Shown here: piece after piece, positions 11,978 through 25,554 of the stretch
Layout of the letters: each line of letters opens with the position of its first letter
How positions within the stretch are numbered: position 1 is the first letter of the stretch
Source of the DNA: Macrostomum lignano
Lineage: Eukaryota
Direction of reading: 5' to 3'
NCBI GenBank assembly: GCA_002269645.1
Contig: NIVC01002593.1
Coordinates: forward strand, 1-64,000
Length of the DNA stretch: 64,000 nt
Notes under the pieces: model-generated
Told to the model about the DNA's origin: nothing
The model's input: the letters and a program-made list of their open reading frames with translations, nothing else
Database searches by the model: none
Made by a program: the position numbers and the translations under genes

Positions 11978-13974
11978 TCCTCCGCTTCTGGTTTCTTCTT
12001 CGTGTGTCAATCTGAATAGTTGAAGGACGCAATGGGCGCAATGTACGAGCCAGCCTCAGGGCGCAATGTACGAGCCAGCCTCAGTTCCCCGCGTACTTCC
12101 AGTGGGGGGGGGGCAAAAGGAAAGCAGGATTTGGGAAGCCATTGAGCATGCTACAATGCCTCCTCAGTCCCAAGGAAAGAAAAATGCATTTGAGGAGCAT
12201 GAAGTACATTTCAAACTGGCCAGGAACAGGACAGGTGCAGATACCTGTTTGTACTCAGATCTTGAAAGCTGGTTTAACCGGTTCTCAGCTCTGGATGCCA
12301 GAACCGGTTCGAGGAATTATGGATAGGAATTTTTAGACACGCCAGCAAGAATAGCGATGTGCTTCTCACAGCCTACATGAAGTGTGTCAAATGTTAAGGG
12401 GGCAGTGGCGAAACAGTTAAGCAAGCACTCTACCTACCCTTACTATAGAGACTGCAGGGTTACGCCGTGTTACGCTTGTGCTACGCAGACAGTATAATGC
12501 TGAGCACAGGTCACTTTTGATCGCTGTTAAATTAACAGATTGTTGTTGAGCTGCCTGCATTAATTTCGAAGATTGGCTTTCATAATTTCACTATTATCAC
12601 CTGATAAGGGCTTAAAAAAGATAGGAGCGAATACAGAGGCCGAGAAAGAGCGACAGAAAGCGTACTCTATCCTAATGACATTTTACTGGAGGGAGGGGAG
12701 GCTCTGCAGAGTGGAGACGAAAAGGTGGAGGGGAGGCGGGCAGAACAGAAAGCAATTTTTATAGCGGGAACGAATGGGAAGAATGGAGAATGCGCCTTCA
12801 GCTGCTTCCATTCCAGTTATATCCAGTTTTGCTAGGCAGAGCTCCATGAGGATCTAGAGCATTAGGGCTGATGAGAGATGAAAGACTCCTGAGGTTGGCA
12901 GAAAGAATTCCGAGATTCCTTGGTCATAAAACAGTAAAACACTTAAACGATTTTCTTTCCTTGTAGACGCTGGCCAACCCAATACTGAGTCTCTGAGAGG
13001 TGAAAGCTGAAGCCAATAAAAACAAATTCGAGTCCTGTAAAGCTGCTGCCAGCTGTGGCTGGTGCCTATTTTGCTCTATTTGCTTGTTTTATTACTTGAA
13101 AAATACTAGAATTTTTATTTCTCACAAACTTGCAAAGCTTTGATATTTTCATATTTGAATTTTACACCAGAAACCATGACGCTAAGACCGACACGGGAAG
13201 TAATGGAATACTTGTAGTTAAGAAGTATTGATTTCATGGCAGCTAAGCCTTCTTTCATTAACTACTAGAGAGGGCCTGTCAACTTAAGCATATAAAGTGG
13301 AGCCCGAGTAATCATGGTACACAAATGATACATCATTTCGCTCACAGTGACACAAAGAAGTTGGGTTTGGCAAAAGAGCGACAAAATTTGGACTTTGGGA
13401 TGGAGGAGAACAAGCAAGGGCATAATTAGGGACTCCCCTCTATGAGCCTAAGTTGTCATAATTGTTAATAAAGTAATGAATATTAAAAAATACTCGTTTG
13501 ACATTTTACGAAATTTCGAAGTGTGAACAACGAATTACTTTTGTTCAGTAATATATTTGATTTCAAAATTTAAATCGTTTTAATCATGACAATTTATTAT
13601 TTAACCACATAAAACCACAACTTTCTAAAAACACATGGCGCATGGTACTCTACGCCTCAAGTCTGCGCAACATTCTGCATATTGCAAAATTTATTTTAAA
13701 CACAAATGTCTACGTGTACAAAGCAAAGGAGATGCGTACACACATTTTAATAATACACTATTAAAAACTGGCTCCGTCAACAAAATCTTCTCGCAATTAT
13801 AAGTTATTAATAGCCTCTTAGTCATAATAAAAAGTGTATTAGTATTTTGATTTGAAGAGCTTGAACCTCATAAACTTGGCATGTTTTAATTTGATTATGC
13901 AGTCCTCTATTCGGTCAAAGTTTTTGGCGTCTCTAACCTGATCTGAACCGAATTTTCCCCAGCACGGCCGTGGC

Positions 13975-16675
13975 TTAATCCATCTGCTTGGCCCTTCGCC
14001 TCTCCTGCCGCACCTGAGCGGCCAGGTCGAAGAAGAGGTTTCTGCCCAAAGCATCCGAGGCGCACAGCAGGCCGCCCACAAGGCCGCCGACAAAGCCGCA
14101 GCTGGCAACGTCTTGGCCGGAGCACAGGAGACCGGGCACGCCAATGTCGGGGCGGAGGCGGGCGCAGCCATCGGCAGAGGTGCGGGCGAGTCCATGGTCA
14201 AGGCCGTAGATTTCGCCGCGGCGCGAGCCGATGTAGAAGTTATTAGTCACGGGAGAGCCAACCTCAAAGGCCTCAACCTCCAGATCAGCCAGCTGCGGGA
14301 AGATGGCCTTAGTCTGCTCCCACAGGCGGCGACCGATGGCGCCTTTCAGACCCTCATAGTCAGCACCGCGGTGCTTCACTCTCGCGTCGGACCAGTCAGC
14401 GAACCAGTCCCAGTTGGTGAGCGTCACCAGGGCACAGGTGAGACGGTCCAGAGCCGCCCGCTTCGCCCACGTCGGGTCCTTCAGCGAGGGAAATGACACA
14501 AACATCAGCGGGGCATCTGAGGCAGCGGCCTCCTGCGGGTCCAAGGCCAGGTACTCGGACACGGACTTGTCCAGGTTGGGATCAGTGAATCGCCACACAT
14601 TTTGACGGCGCAGGCCGAGCGACTCGACTGGCCGATCGGTGGGCAGCTTGAGGCCGACAAACACCGACATGGCGGCCACTCCAATCGGCATGTCATTCAG
14701 AAGTCCGGGAAGGCGGCCCGCGGAAATGCCAGGCGGCATGATGGCTGCCGTGTTGTTTAGCCCGACTGCCGATATCACCAGCGGTGCACGGACCTCCGAT
14801 TTGCCGTTGACAACGACGCCCTCGATAGCACCGGTGCTTGGGTTGCCCAGCAACTGGGTGACGCGCGCCCGAACGAGGACCTCGCCACCTGTGCGGCGAA
14901 TGACTGGCAGGATGGTGTAGGCGATCTCGCTGGCACCGCCTACAGGGTAGAACGCACCGGCACCTTGGAAATGATTGAATAGCCAGGCCTGCATGACAAC
15001 CGAGGCCTTGCTGGGCTGGGTTCCGTAGTCGCCATAGCAGTAGCTCAGAACTGCGCGAAGTTCCTGGTTGTCAGTCAGCTGGGACAGGTGCGAATCGATG
15101 CTTTCGTCTAGGTGCCTGCAAATTCAGGGATAGAGGGAGATAAGCGGTCAAGCTCCATGGCTGCAATATTACTTTAACATCCTTACCACAACTTCCAGCG
15201 AAGACGAAAGTTTCCTAGGTATTAGTTGAAAGAAACAGAACCATAAAACAGTGGGGTGTGACTAGATGCCACAACATTCATGAGGTAAAATCAAATCTAC
15301 TGCATCAGTCAGAATTCAATAAAAAATTTGATGCTAAAGAAACAAGTATTAGACTTTTTCTGACCATTCACATTCGCTCGGAGAAAGAACTCGTAAACAA
15401 GGGATTAAATAAAGCAATATAAAAGTACAACAAACCTGAAGATGGGGAAGAAGTACTTTAGTAGGCCGGACCTGGCGAGCAGCCTGCTCAATGTTAGCGG
15501 CAGGAACTTCAGACCCCAGTAAGGTTCCGAGCCCTTGCGTAACGAGTCTGCGAAATTGAAGAATTTTTTTATTGCGTCCACATCATTGGGAAATTTCTCG
15601 CACAAGAGGCCGATGAACTTTCTCCGGTCAGCGCTGACATTGTAGACTCGCTTGGTCTCGTCGTCACCGATCATGATGGCGTCGTAGCAGTCGGGGTCCA
15701 GCGGGGCCCAGTCTAGCTGGCCGTCCGTTATCTGCGCGGTGGTGCGAGCGGTACGAGTTGCTATGCTCAAAATGCAGCGACATTTCCGACAAGAATCCCC
15801 TCATATTTCTAATTGATCGCTTGAACTCAAGTCGCTGTCAACTGTGGAAAAAGAGAAGACAGTCCGTCTGGGTTCTGGGGAAAAATGCATCTTGACTTGC
15901 TAGAGCTAAGAAAAAATCACTCAAAACTGCGCACTGCATACCCGTCAAATTAACAGTGAGAAGAAGAAGAAAATTGTCAATTTCAGGTACGCTCGTATAT
16001 CAACGACATCAATAGCTCGTATGATTGCATGCCTGCGTACAGCAAGCTTGTATACTAATGTCCTAATGTACTTGTACTTATGTACTAAATGGGCAGAATG
16101 TACGAGGATGTCGCTGTTCCTCGATAACTGCTGACTGCTGTCGCTGCGCCAGGGTACCCACAACCCTCCTGACAATGGTTATTTATACTCGTACATAATT
16201 AGTAAGATTGGCACCTTTGAACACAACTCTCGCATACACAGCCACTCACCTGGTCGACCAGAGCTCGCATGTCTGAACCGGGAGCCATCTCTCCAATGTA
16301 GTGAATGCCAACGTCAAACTCGTAGCCGCGCTCCCAAAACGTGTGGCAGCAGCCGCCGGCCACGTCGTGCTGCTCCAGCACCAGCACCCGACGGCCGGCC
16401 CGGGCTAGGAGGGCGGCCGCTGACAGGCCACCAATACCGGATCCGATCACAATGGCATCCAGATTCGCAGGCACCCGGGCCGGGGAGAAGCCCCGCTTCA
16501 GCGATTCGTCCCGAACAGACTGGCGCGTTTCCACTGCCGACCGCGCCGGAAGCTGCGATGGCGGCAGGAACGGGCTCGGCGTCCGGCTGCCGCTGCCAAA
16601 GAAGACGCGTCGCAGCAACCAAACGACTGCGCCAGCGATGGCGGCCACGCCGAAAAGAGTAAGCGATGCTGACAT
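13975..16675 (-). CDS. RETSAT: All-trans-retinol 13,14-reductase (retinol saturase), 620 aa, 3 exons
   Basis: Exons 16675-16250, 15731-15436, 15115-13975 (GT-AG, phases 0/2, 1,863 nt). N-terminal hydrophobic anchor, DAIVIGSGIGG FAD motif, EQHDVAGGCCHTF...FDVGIHYIG, GAFYPVGGASEI, C-terminal GEIYGLDH and GQD motifs. Confidence 0.93.
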
Positions 16676-16900
16676 CACGATGCAGTCACCAAAGCTGTTG
16701 GCGAGACACAAAAAATTCTATGTTTTGCTGCATACAAAAAGAACCTATAGAATATAAGGACCAAATTGATGTTTTTGGACCAAATTAAATGCTTCTGTGC
16801 TACATGTACCATAGACAAAAGCTCCATTACTTCGGCAAACATCTTGGATTAATTCAATGATGCGAGTAAGCCCAAATGAGCCGCCAAAGTTACAAAGTTA

Positions 16901-17077
16901 TACCTTTTTTGCGATCTAGTTTGCTAAAACTGCAATCAATTTTGCCCGCGGAAAAATATCACTTATAATTTTGCTGTCTCCTATGAGCAGACTTGGCCTA
17001 GAAAGCAAAATTATAAGTGATATTTTTCCGCGGGCAAATTTGATTGCAGTTTTGGCAAACTAGATCGCAAAAAGGTA
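16901..17077. mobile_element. Hairpin MITE, Tc1/IS630-type ends (same TIR family as 42338-43352)
   Basis: ~75-bp near-perfect arms (16901-16975 / 17004-17077) around a ~28-bp loop; TA-flanked; terminus TATACCTTTT(T)GCGATCTAGTTTGC. Confidence 0.85.
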
Positions 17078-18777
17078 TATTAGAACATGAGAGAGCATGT
17101 GACGGGAAAGTTTTACCTCTACAGTCTATAGTCGATTTTGAGCGCACTCGGTGGCAATAGACATTTAAGCATTAAAAACCCGACTATTGAGCTGCATTGC
17201 AATCACGATTGATTAAAGATAGAAAACGGAGCGTAGTGATGATGGCAGAAGTAAGGTTTTTGGAGAACTAATAACCACATTTCAGAAACTTTCTCAAGTT
17301 AGATGGATACAACTCCATTTTCTGCTGCGTAAATTTTGGTTCTTTATGATTAACATCAGTCTAGGATTTCAAAAGTAAAAATTCCATTTTTATGAGAGGC
17401 AAGTAAGTTGTTTATAAAATTTTGTTTGATTAAATGAAAAAACTAGCTCCAACTGACCTGCTGTTAAGCCGAGCTTGCGAATAAAACAAATAAGGTTGAT
17501 TTCAAAAGGCGCAGCGGTTTCTTGTATCGGAGTGCTCTGGTCTTTTTAAAGCTTTGGCAAACAGACGACAGGGGAACGGAGCAAAGTTGACTCGAGTGCG
17601 TACTGTACGAGTGCGCAGGTCTTCATTGTACACTCACGGCAGCACAATCCTTCTCCTCGCTGACTTTTGCTAGAGTTACACTGACTGGGCAGGGCACGGA
17701 GGGGAGAGAAGAAATGTGAAAGACCTGACTGCAGTAGCTACTGAAATAAAAGGACACTTCATGCGGCTCAGTGTTTCTAATTTGCCTGAACTTTGGACAC
17801 TCCTATCTTGTGCAGCGGCTTACGGCCTCTTGAAAATTGACTGCAGTATTGTGACTGCGGTTATGAATTTGATTTGATAAATTCAGAGTGAACTAGTCAC
17901 AGTTAGTTAGTCATAATTACTATGACTAATATGATGCTGTGTAGTTAGTATGACGTAGTATGCTCGCATACCAATGAATATATCGAATATAATGGTTGAT
18001 TGTGTCTATTTATGATTCTAGAGTTAGACAAAGATTTTTTCACGATTTGTTAAAATTATTTATTGTCTAGAAGCAATTACCATACTCACAGAAACATTGT
18101 CTCATGAATGTTGTATTAGTTCAAAAATTGTTTCGAAGCGTTGAATTATGAGCGCAAGGAGTGACACAATGAGCACAATGAATATTACTGCTTTCATACA
18201 GAAGCGCCACAAAGACTGATAGAGTGAAATGATGTTGCACTTAGCCAGTAATGCTTGTAGTACACTATAAGAATGTCACCTATTAAAAGCTCTTATCTTT
18301 ATCGATTATTATTACCGGTAGTTTTAGGATGGAATTAACTGAGATTCATCTCAGAACAAGTTCGAACTGTGTTCCGATTAATTCAGAATTAACTATCAGC
18401 GTAAATTATTTCATGAGCTCTTACATGCTTTGAAATTGCATAGTGTCTCGTAGATTGATGTACAAAATAATCAGTGATACCAATTATACCAATAATTATA
18501 CCAATTATAGCAGAGACAAATTAGAGTAGAATAACATAGGGACTTAGAAGGCCATTGGGAAGAGTTACCTAAAACTGGACCTAAATATAATATTTCGCAA
18601 CATAAAAAAGAAAACATTAATCTATTGATAAATTGTTGACAAGATTAGAAAAGCGATAGCTTTATTTGACTGAGAAAGTTAATTCTATTGTGGTAGCGAG
18701 ACATCATATAACTCAGTTTGGGTATTATATCAACTGCCAATGATATCGGCCGCAAAGCTTTTTTTCAGCAGGAAATT

Positions 18778-21700
18778 TCACATGGTTCCATTGTTCCTTA
18801 TCAAAGACAGCGCTTCCTCGTCACCGGCCCGGACAAAACGCTGGACTCCTGTCACCGTTTCCCCCCGTAAAGCGTCAGCACTGGAATCCGCTGCGCTATG
18901 AATGCCAGTCACAACTGCTGAGGCTCCAGGCTCCACGACGCTGTTATTCCGGCTGCGCACGTCGGAGATGACCCATCGGCGCACCTCCGGGTAGTCGGCC
19001 AGCGCGCCCACTACAGCATCGTGGACGGAGATGTAGACGCAGGCAGAACGGTCGGGGAAGTCGCTGCGCTCCAGCATCCGGCGGAACTGGTGCGGGCAGC
19101 AGGCGAACAAGATGCAAACTCCCGCCAATTTGTATTCTGCGGCCAGGGATTGCAAAAACCTGGTGCGGGCAGCAGGCGAACAAGATGCAAACTCCCGCCA
19201 ATTTGTATTCTGCGGCCAGGGATTGCAAAAACCTGGTGCGGGCAGCAGGCGAACAAGATGCAAACTCCCGCCAATTTGTATTCTGCGGCCAGGGATTGCA
19301 AAAACCGCGCGCCAACACTGTCCACATAGTTGACTCCTGAGCAATCTAGCACGATGTGGTGCAGGCTCTCATCCTCGCCGCGGGACAGCTTGGGATCAAA
19401 GCCTGTCAGCTTGGCCAGCTTGCGGCGGAAATTCTCCACACTGGCAAAGTACAGAGCGCCGTCGAAACGGAACACTACCACGCCTGGGACCTGGTGGTGC
19501 AGGGTGTGTTACTGGACTTTTTTATTCAGCGTCTAGCACGAATTTCGAAATCTTTTTCTCCCTTCCTCCTCCATAAAGTTGCTAATTCTAGCTCAGGGCT
19601 GAGTGATTAACTGCCAGATCGTTTGAGTCAAGTCTATACCATACCAAGGTGACCCGTACCAACTCAATAAAAAGTTTTCTAAGTTAGCAAACAACCTGAA
19701 CTGCGCACTGATAGTAGCGGTAGTCTTGGTAGATGTCAGTCAACGGTAGACGACCCAAAATCGACACCCGAGGTGACTGAGTGCGGCAAACTACAGTCAA
19801 CAGGCTGTAGGCAAAGCCGATCATCAGGCCATAAGTGACATTTAGCGCCACAACGCTTACAAAGCAGACCATCCAAATACTGAAGTCAAACTTTGAGATG
19901 CGGTACAAGCGCTTCGCATCAGTAAACTGCATTAGAAGGCCTTTAAGCGCAACTACAATTATGCAGGCAAGAACAGCATTGGGCAGCTGGCTGAACATTG
20001 GTCCCAGAAACAGTAGAACAAATAGCATCAGCGTGGCTGACACCAAGCTGGCCAGCTGTGTTCTGCCACCCAGTTCAGCTTGAACCTGCAGTAGAAATTA
20101 GTCAAATGGTACTTATGAACGAATAGTCTCATGCCATACATATTTACTTGATTTACTACCGGTAGTTTTGAAGCAGCTCCAATAGAAAAAAATCACAAAA
20201 ATCTTTCCTCATATTACCTGCGAACGGCTGAGCGACCCAGCCGAAAAGTAGCAGCCGAACACTGGCCCCAGGATGTTTACCAGGCCGTACGCAAAAAGCT
20301 CCTGGTTGGCATCCAATTGGTAATTATTCTTTTCGGCGTAGATCTTGCACACAGAGTAGGTGCACACATACATGACCACGGCCAGGAGCGCTGCGTCCTG
20401 GAAAAGTGCTGGCCAGAGACGAACGCTTGGCAGACGCGGCGCAGAAATGCCGCTAGGTATGACGCCTACCGTGCGCAGACCGTAGTTGGCCTCCAGACTA
20501 GCCAGGTGCGAAATCGCGGTGGCTCCAACCACCAGCAGAAGCTCCACTGGGACCGGGAAGCGACAGCAGCGGCGCAGACGATCACTGAGGAACAATCGGA
20601 ACAACAGAAGCAGGCCCAGAGACAGTGCCGACACCAGCACGCTGACAGGGTTTGTCTCGCCCAAGCGGCGGGCTACATCGACATAAAATACGGCCAACTC
20701 GAAATGGCTCTCGCGACGAGGTACCTTGATACCAAAGATGGCTGGCACCTGGTGATAAAACTTCTCATTTTAAGATTCTTTGTCGTAGGCTATCAGATCA
20801 AATGTACGCGTCAGGATGCACTACTTGTTGCAAACTAAATATCTTGCGGGTGAAGGCTAAAATTACTGGAACTTCGACACATCATGATCTAAATTATTTT
20901 AGAGTTAAGAAAGCTTGTTGTATTCCATTCGTAATGTTGACTTGCTGGTATGTAGGCAAAAAATCTACGAGTACTTAGATGAGTTTTCATAACTTATGTC
21001 ACAATGCTTACCTGTGAGCTGAGGACATGCAGAGCTGCGCCCGTGGTGAATCCGGATACCAGAGGCGTGCTTAGATAAAGTGTAATGAAACCGAAGCGCA
21101 TTAGACCCAGCAGAATTTGCAGTACACCGGCCAGTAAGCTAACACTCAAAGCCACCTGCGTGCGGTACCAGGCCTTCGCCTCGCCAACCAGCGGGTTGCC
21201 CATTGCGCTGGTTGTCTCGTTTGCATCATCAGGGCCGTACATTGCTGGTGGCGGGCCGAGGATGTCCAGCAGCTCCGGAACTGGTGGGCGGCCAGCGCCA
21301 CCAGCTAAACGGGAGACCGACTCAGCAAGCATGAGACTGGCGATGGCAAAAGTACCCATGCTAACCTGTGAGGGTGTCAGTGCAGTCAAGGTTTACTCCA
21401 GCAAGAAAGTTTTAATCAAATCAAATCAGTTTAGGTAGTGAACTTGTATCTAACGACGCACCTGACGGGAAGTTCCAAACAGAAAATAAACTAAAAGAGG
21501 CACGCAGCCCAGATAGAGGCCGCACACGGGTGGAAGGCCAGCAAGCAGCGCATAGGCCATGCCCTGCGGGATGTTCATGATGCCGACCGTCAGTCCGGCT
21601 GCAAGGTCTGGCAGCAGATCGCTGCGCGGTCGATAAGCCCGCATAATGGCCAGACAGGGCAGCAGGCGGAAAGCATTGGAGAGCGCACAATCGCCGCTGC

Positions 21701-22013
21701 ATCGGAGGTTGTGTAGTTGGCGGCGCAGTCGAGCGCCAAGACCACTGTCACCGCTGTTTTCACCGCCCCAGCTGAGGCCGGTCTCTTGCCCGCCCGGGAT
21801 GCCATTGCCAGATTGGGGCTCCGTAAACTGGTAGCGGGCATCGAAGTTGTACTGCGTGAATATTGGTCGGCTAACCCGGATTCTTTGCTTGCCTGCGGCC
21901 CAGCTGGATTTCCGCAGCACTCTTTGCGTCCCATCCTGGGCTTCAGGCGGTGCGACCTGCTGTTTGGGTTGTTGCATGTCGGGCTCTGTTTGCTCTTCCA
22001 AGATGCTGTCCAT
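18778..22013 (-). CDS. SLC26/SulP anion transporter (prestin/pendrin-like) with STAS domain, ~797 aa
   Basis: Exons 22013-21462, 21365-21012, 20748-20218, 20085-19696, 19490-19233, 19086-18778 (all phase 0; the last intron is the inferred repeat-derived one). Motifs DLAAGLTVGIMNIPQGMAYA, GTSRQVSMGTF, GFTTGAA, DANQELFAYG, GSLSRS, FRFDGALYFAS, LDCSGVNYVDSVG. A 5' UTR exon probably ends at 22551. Confidence 0.92.
19087..19305 (-). repeat. Perfect 3 x 73-bp tandem triplication inside the SLC26 STAS-coding region
   Basis: Copies start at 19087, 19160 and 19233; no mismatches seen. Confidence 0.97.
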
Positions 22014-23341
22014 CCGGCTGACAGGGCCGTAAAAGGCTGAGCTTTCGGCTGTCTCACCTGGTAGAAAATGTTGGAAATTCTACAGCTTTTATGTTATGAA
22101 AACGTGCTTGCAACAATTTTGTAACTTTAGTAGGATGAACAAAACAACGCACCAGAATATTCAATGGGCTGCTTTATATAGTTTTCTCAAATAGCGAAAA
22201 TAAAAGCAGAGTTAAGATTGCGCTAGCCGTGTCTGGCAGTGTCCCATGCGCTCCAATATTTATTTTTATGCAAAACTATGAAGTGAACACGTCGTCAACA
22301 CAGTAAAAAATCTGAGGTTCATTAATTACAAGGCGAAAAAACCTATAATTATATGCAGGACGGAAGAACAACCCCAAATACCCACACGTAAGTCGTCAAT
22401 AAGTGTTGAAAAACATAAGTCAGAAAGGCTAAATACACAATGGGAAAATTTGCATAGCGCAAAAACCAAAAGGGAGCTACATGTGTATTCCGGTCGATAA
22501 ACTCAACGAACAAGAGCAACCATTGCCAGTTGGTTTACAAGGTGACTCACCAGAACCAGTTCTACTTTAACTTTATCGCTCCGAAGGAGTTTTGCACAAG
22601 CCTACATTTGCATTGTGGCAATGTAAGAAAGATATATATAGAGAGTAAAGCAGGTTTGAGTTAAACAAAAGTAAATTCTGTGGGCAGTCAGCTCTGTCTG
22701 TCTAGCCCTAGAGCGGACAGTGTGCTCTGCGGCTAAAGTAAAACATTTTCTTAGCGTATCGCCTTTTTGACATCTGCTGCTCACTGCTACCTCGAATCTT
22801 GTACGGCTAGAATGTATCTAATGGGCTTGTTTCAATTGAATACCCTGGTTCTGTACAATTTTTAAGAAGTCTCAACGCAGCATGTTATCCTGTCTATTGT
22901 ATTGTATTTTTACCAAAATGGGAGCTTTTAAAAGATAACTTCATGCGCTTTGTACTTCGCAGCTTACTTTTTATTCAAATATCAAAGTTCGTCACGCGCC
23001 TTTCAGTTTGGATCGGGAGCTCCAACGAATAGCTTGGAAGGCCTCGCATCTATCGGGAAAAAGGAGAACTGTAGGACCGTTGGGACTGCCATGTGTAAAA
23101 CAGCTGCTTGACTATTCAAACTGGGAGTTTATCGCTGATCAAATTCCTTCAGCGATTCATTTAGCCTTCAAAAGAATCAAAGCTAATACATATACCAAAG
23201 GCTAAACCAAAACGTGTTGCTCGTAGATGCCATGCCAGTTGCCAGGTGCCAGTTGCCAGATGTCAGTTTTCACTCAAAGCGCAGCAGCAAAATTTTTCCA
23301 TACCACATGAATACCAACTACTCGTAGAATGTCGGTTTCGC

Positions 23342-24922
23342 AATTAGGGACTTTTGCGATATAAATTTTCCATAGAAAGAAGGGACTGGAAACTAGGCTT
23401 CAGTGAGTAAGAAAAGTGGGGGCTGGCTGATTTAAGGTAAGAAGAACACCTGTATTTTATCAGCTTAAAAAGGAAGTAAAAAATCCAAGGATACGCCAAT
23501 AAATCTAACGACGGACGCATTAACGAACGAGGAAACAAAAGTATAGATGGCTTAATGTGCATTTCATCAAACATCAGTGCACAATTCCTACTAATTGGAG
23601 GCAGTGATGCAAATACATGAGAAGCAGTATGCTCTGCTTCACTCTGAGATGCAACGGTCGTAAAACAACCCAACTGTTTCTGAAGAGTCTAGATGTGGCA
23701 GGCAAAGAATTTCTCGCAGAGTTGCGTAGCAAGCTTTGCTTTTAAGCATGAAGGTCAGACATAGCATAGCATAGTGAGTGCAGAGTAACAACGTCCATGC
23801 AGCATGATCACAAGGTCAGACAGCCGCAGCAGCAGCTGTTAAGCCAAGAAAAGCAGCGTTGTCCTAAGATCAGAATCTTCTACATCATCAGCAAGGCAAC
23901 TTTGTTAGAAAAATCTGTTACAGACGTCTTCAGCAGTTTTACTAGTGGTGCTACGAGAAAGTTTTTAGCGCGAGCAATGATTTTGTCGAGAGCAGACCAG
24001 CTCTGAAGCTGACGGCCGAATCCAAGCAGATCAGATACGTCCACAGTGAGGCAGATGCGTAAAAGTCGGATCGGATCTTGACACTGAACTCGACCTTGAC
24101 TCGGTTATTTTACTGAATAAATCCTTGCTGCCACTGAACTTCTTAATCGCCTCTTGACAGAAAGCTGGAAACTTATCAGGAATGGGTCCGTCTTCTTGAA
24201 CAGTTCAAGCTCTCGATTATCATCAGCAGTTGCGCGCGATTCAGCTGAAACAAGCCTATTTGCATTTTTTCTTATTGAGGGAGGTTTTACCTGCCGAAGC
24301 ATTGTTGGCGGCAAATGAGCCAACTCGGTAGGTGAATCAGCCGGACGTTTTCGCCCCTTCTTTTTGACCATTTTGGCTCCCCAGATTCTCGACTTTGCCA
24401 TTAACGATGTTGGGCAATGCAATGCGGGCCGCTAATTCTAATTCATAAGGATTTTTTCGTAGTTCTATGGGAATTCAGAAAATTTGCGAAACCCCGAAAA
24501 CCCGGTCCAAAATCTCGTCCCGAACCCCGATCCCGAACATTTATCGGGAACCCCGAACCCCATCCCGAACATTCATCGGGACCCCGAACCCCGACCCCTA
24601 ATCCCGACCCCGAACCCCGACCTAACCCCAAACCCCGAACACCCCTAAATGCGGCCAACCAGCGCTGACGCTCCGCTTCGTCCGTTGGAAAGCGATAAAT
24701 TCGCACGGCGTTGCTTTCTGGTTTGGAATCTTAGTATATTGAGCACCCGAAAACCGCGCACTTTTCTCACCATGGCCGTAAGATGCTCTCGCTAACTAAG
24801 CTTTTTCAGCTAACAAATACACACATATTATTGAAATCAGCCAGCCTCAAAATTTCTTACTCATTAAAGCCGAGTTTCCAGTTCCTTCTTTCTATGGTAA
24901 ATTTAGTATCGCAGAAGTCCCT
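23342..24922 (-). mobile_element. Internally deleted, decayed P-element-superfamily transposon (THAP + transposase relic)
   Basis: ~90-bp imperfect TIRs (23346-23435 / 24832-24922). Direct repeat GGTTTCGC at 23334-23341 and 24923-24930 (probable 8-bp TSD, 4 bp off the left TIR). THAP start MVR(fs)KCAVFGCS.Y*DSKPESNAVRIYRFPTDEAERQRW from 24773, and RNCALMFDEMHIKP at ~23550-23590; frameshift and stop present. Confidence 0.75.
24492..24646. repeat. CCCGAAC(C)-type low-complexity insertion interrupting the THAP domain
   Basis: Repeated ccccgaaccc units sit between the WLAAF and ALHCP halves of the THAP fold. Confidence 0.65.
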
Positions 24923-25554
24923 GGTTTCGCCCAAGATTGTTCCACTTGGCCAAGGAGTTCTATAGTTAGCAACCTGGAGTGGAAACTAGTTTTTCAGTTT
25001 CCCAGACTAGCATAGACAGAGTCAGACAGAGCCATGGACATTCAGTGCTGGCTCCTTATCTTTACAATTGGCGTGGCCTCATGAGGTAAAACTCGTTTCC
25101 ACTCCAGATTGCTAATAATAGAACTCCTTGACTTGGCTGATTAGAGCTTTGTCTATGTCTCAAATCGATTTCAAAGTTCAAAGTTTTAAAACAGCGGGCA
25201 CGCAAGCTGCAGTTACTGAGGCTACATTCGAATCCTTCTCGAACTCTACTCGAAAACGAACGGCACAATATTAGCTTCGCTGTTTGCCAAAGTTTTTATT
25301 CGCTTAGTGGTGGCCGATGCTATTAAAGTTGTTGATGTCTCTTCAATAAGTCTCTTCGCTTCAAATTGAAATTGACGCTGATCCACACGAGACAGTAGTT
25401 GCAACATTCCTACACTATAGTGCTTCGCTCAAAGGTTGACGCTGATTCACGCAATCGTATTGCTGTACACACATGCAACTATACAGCTATGTATCTACAT
25501 TATTACCATAAATCCAGTAAATATCAATAAAGACAGTAGTAATTATCGTAACAG

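Noticed and set aside
12034-12083. 25-bp direct duplication upstream of the aquaporin
   Set aside because: Real but lies in intronic/non-coding sequence with no evident consequence.
12395-12470. tRNA-like GGGGGCAGTGGCGAAACAGTTAAGC
   Set aside because: No intact T-arm/B box or cloverleaf; at most a decayed SINE head.
12800-12960. Possible LINE endonuclease relic (minus strand, GILSANLRSL)
   Set aside because: Too short and degraded to support.
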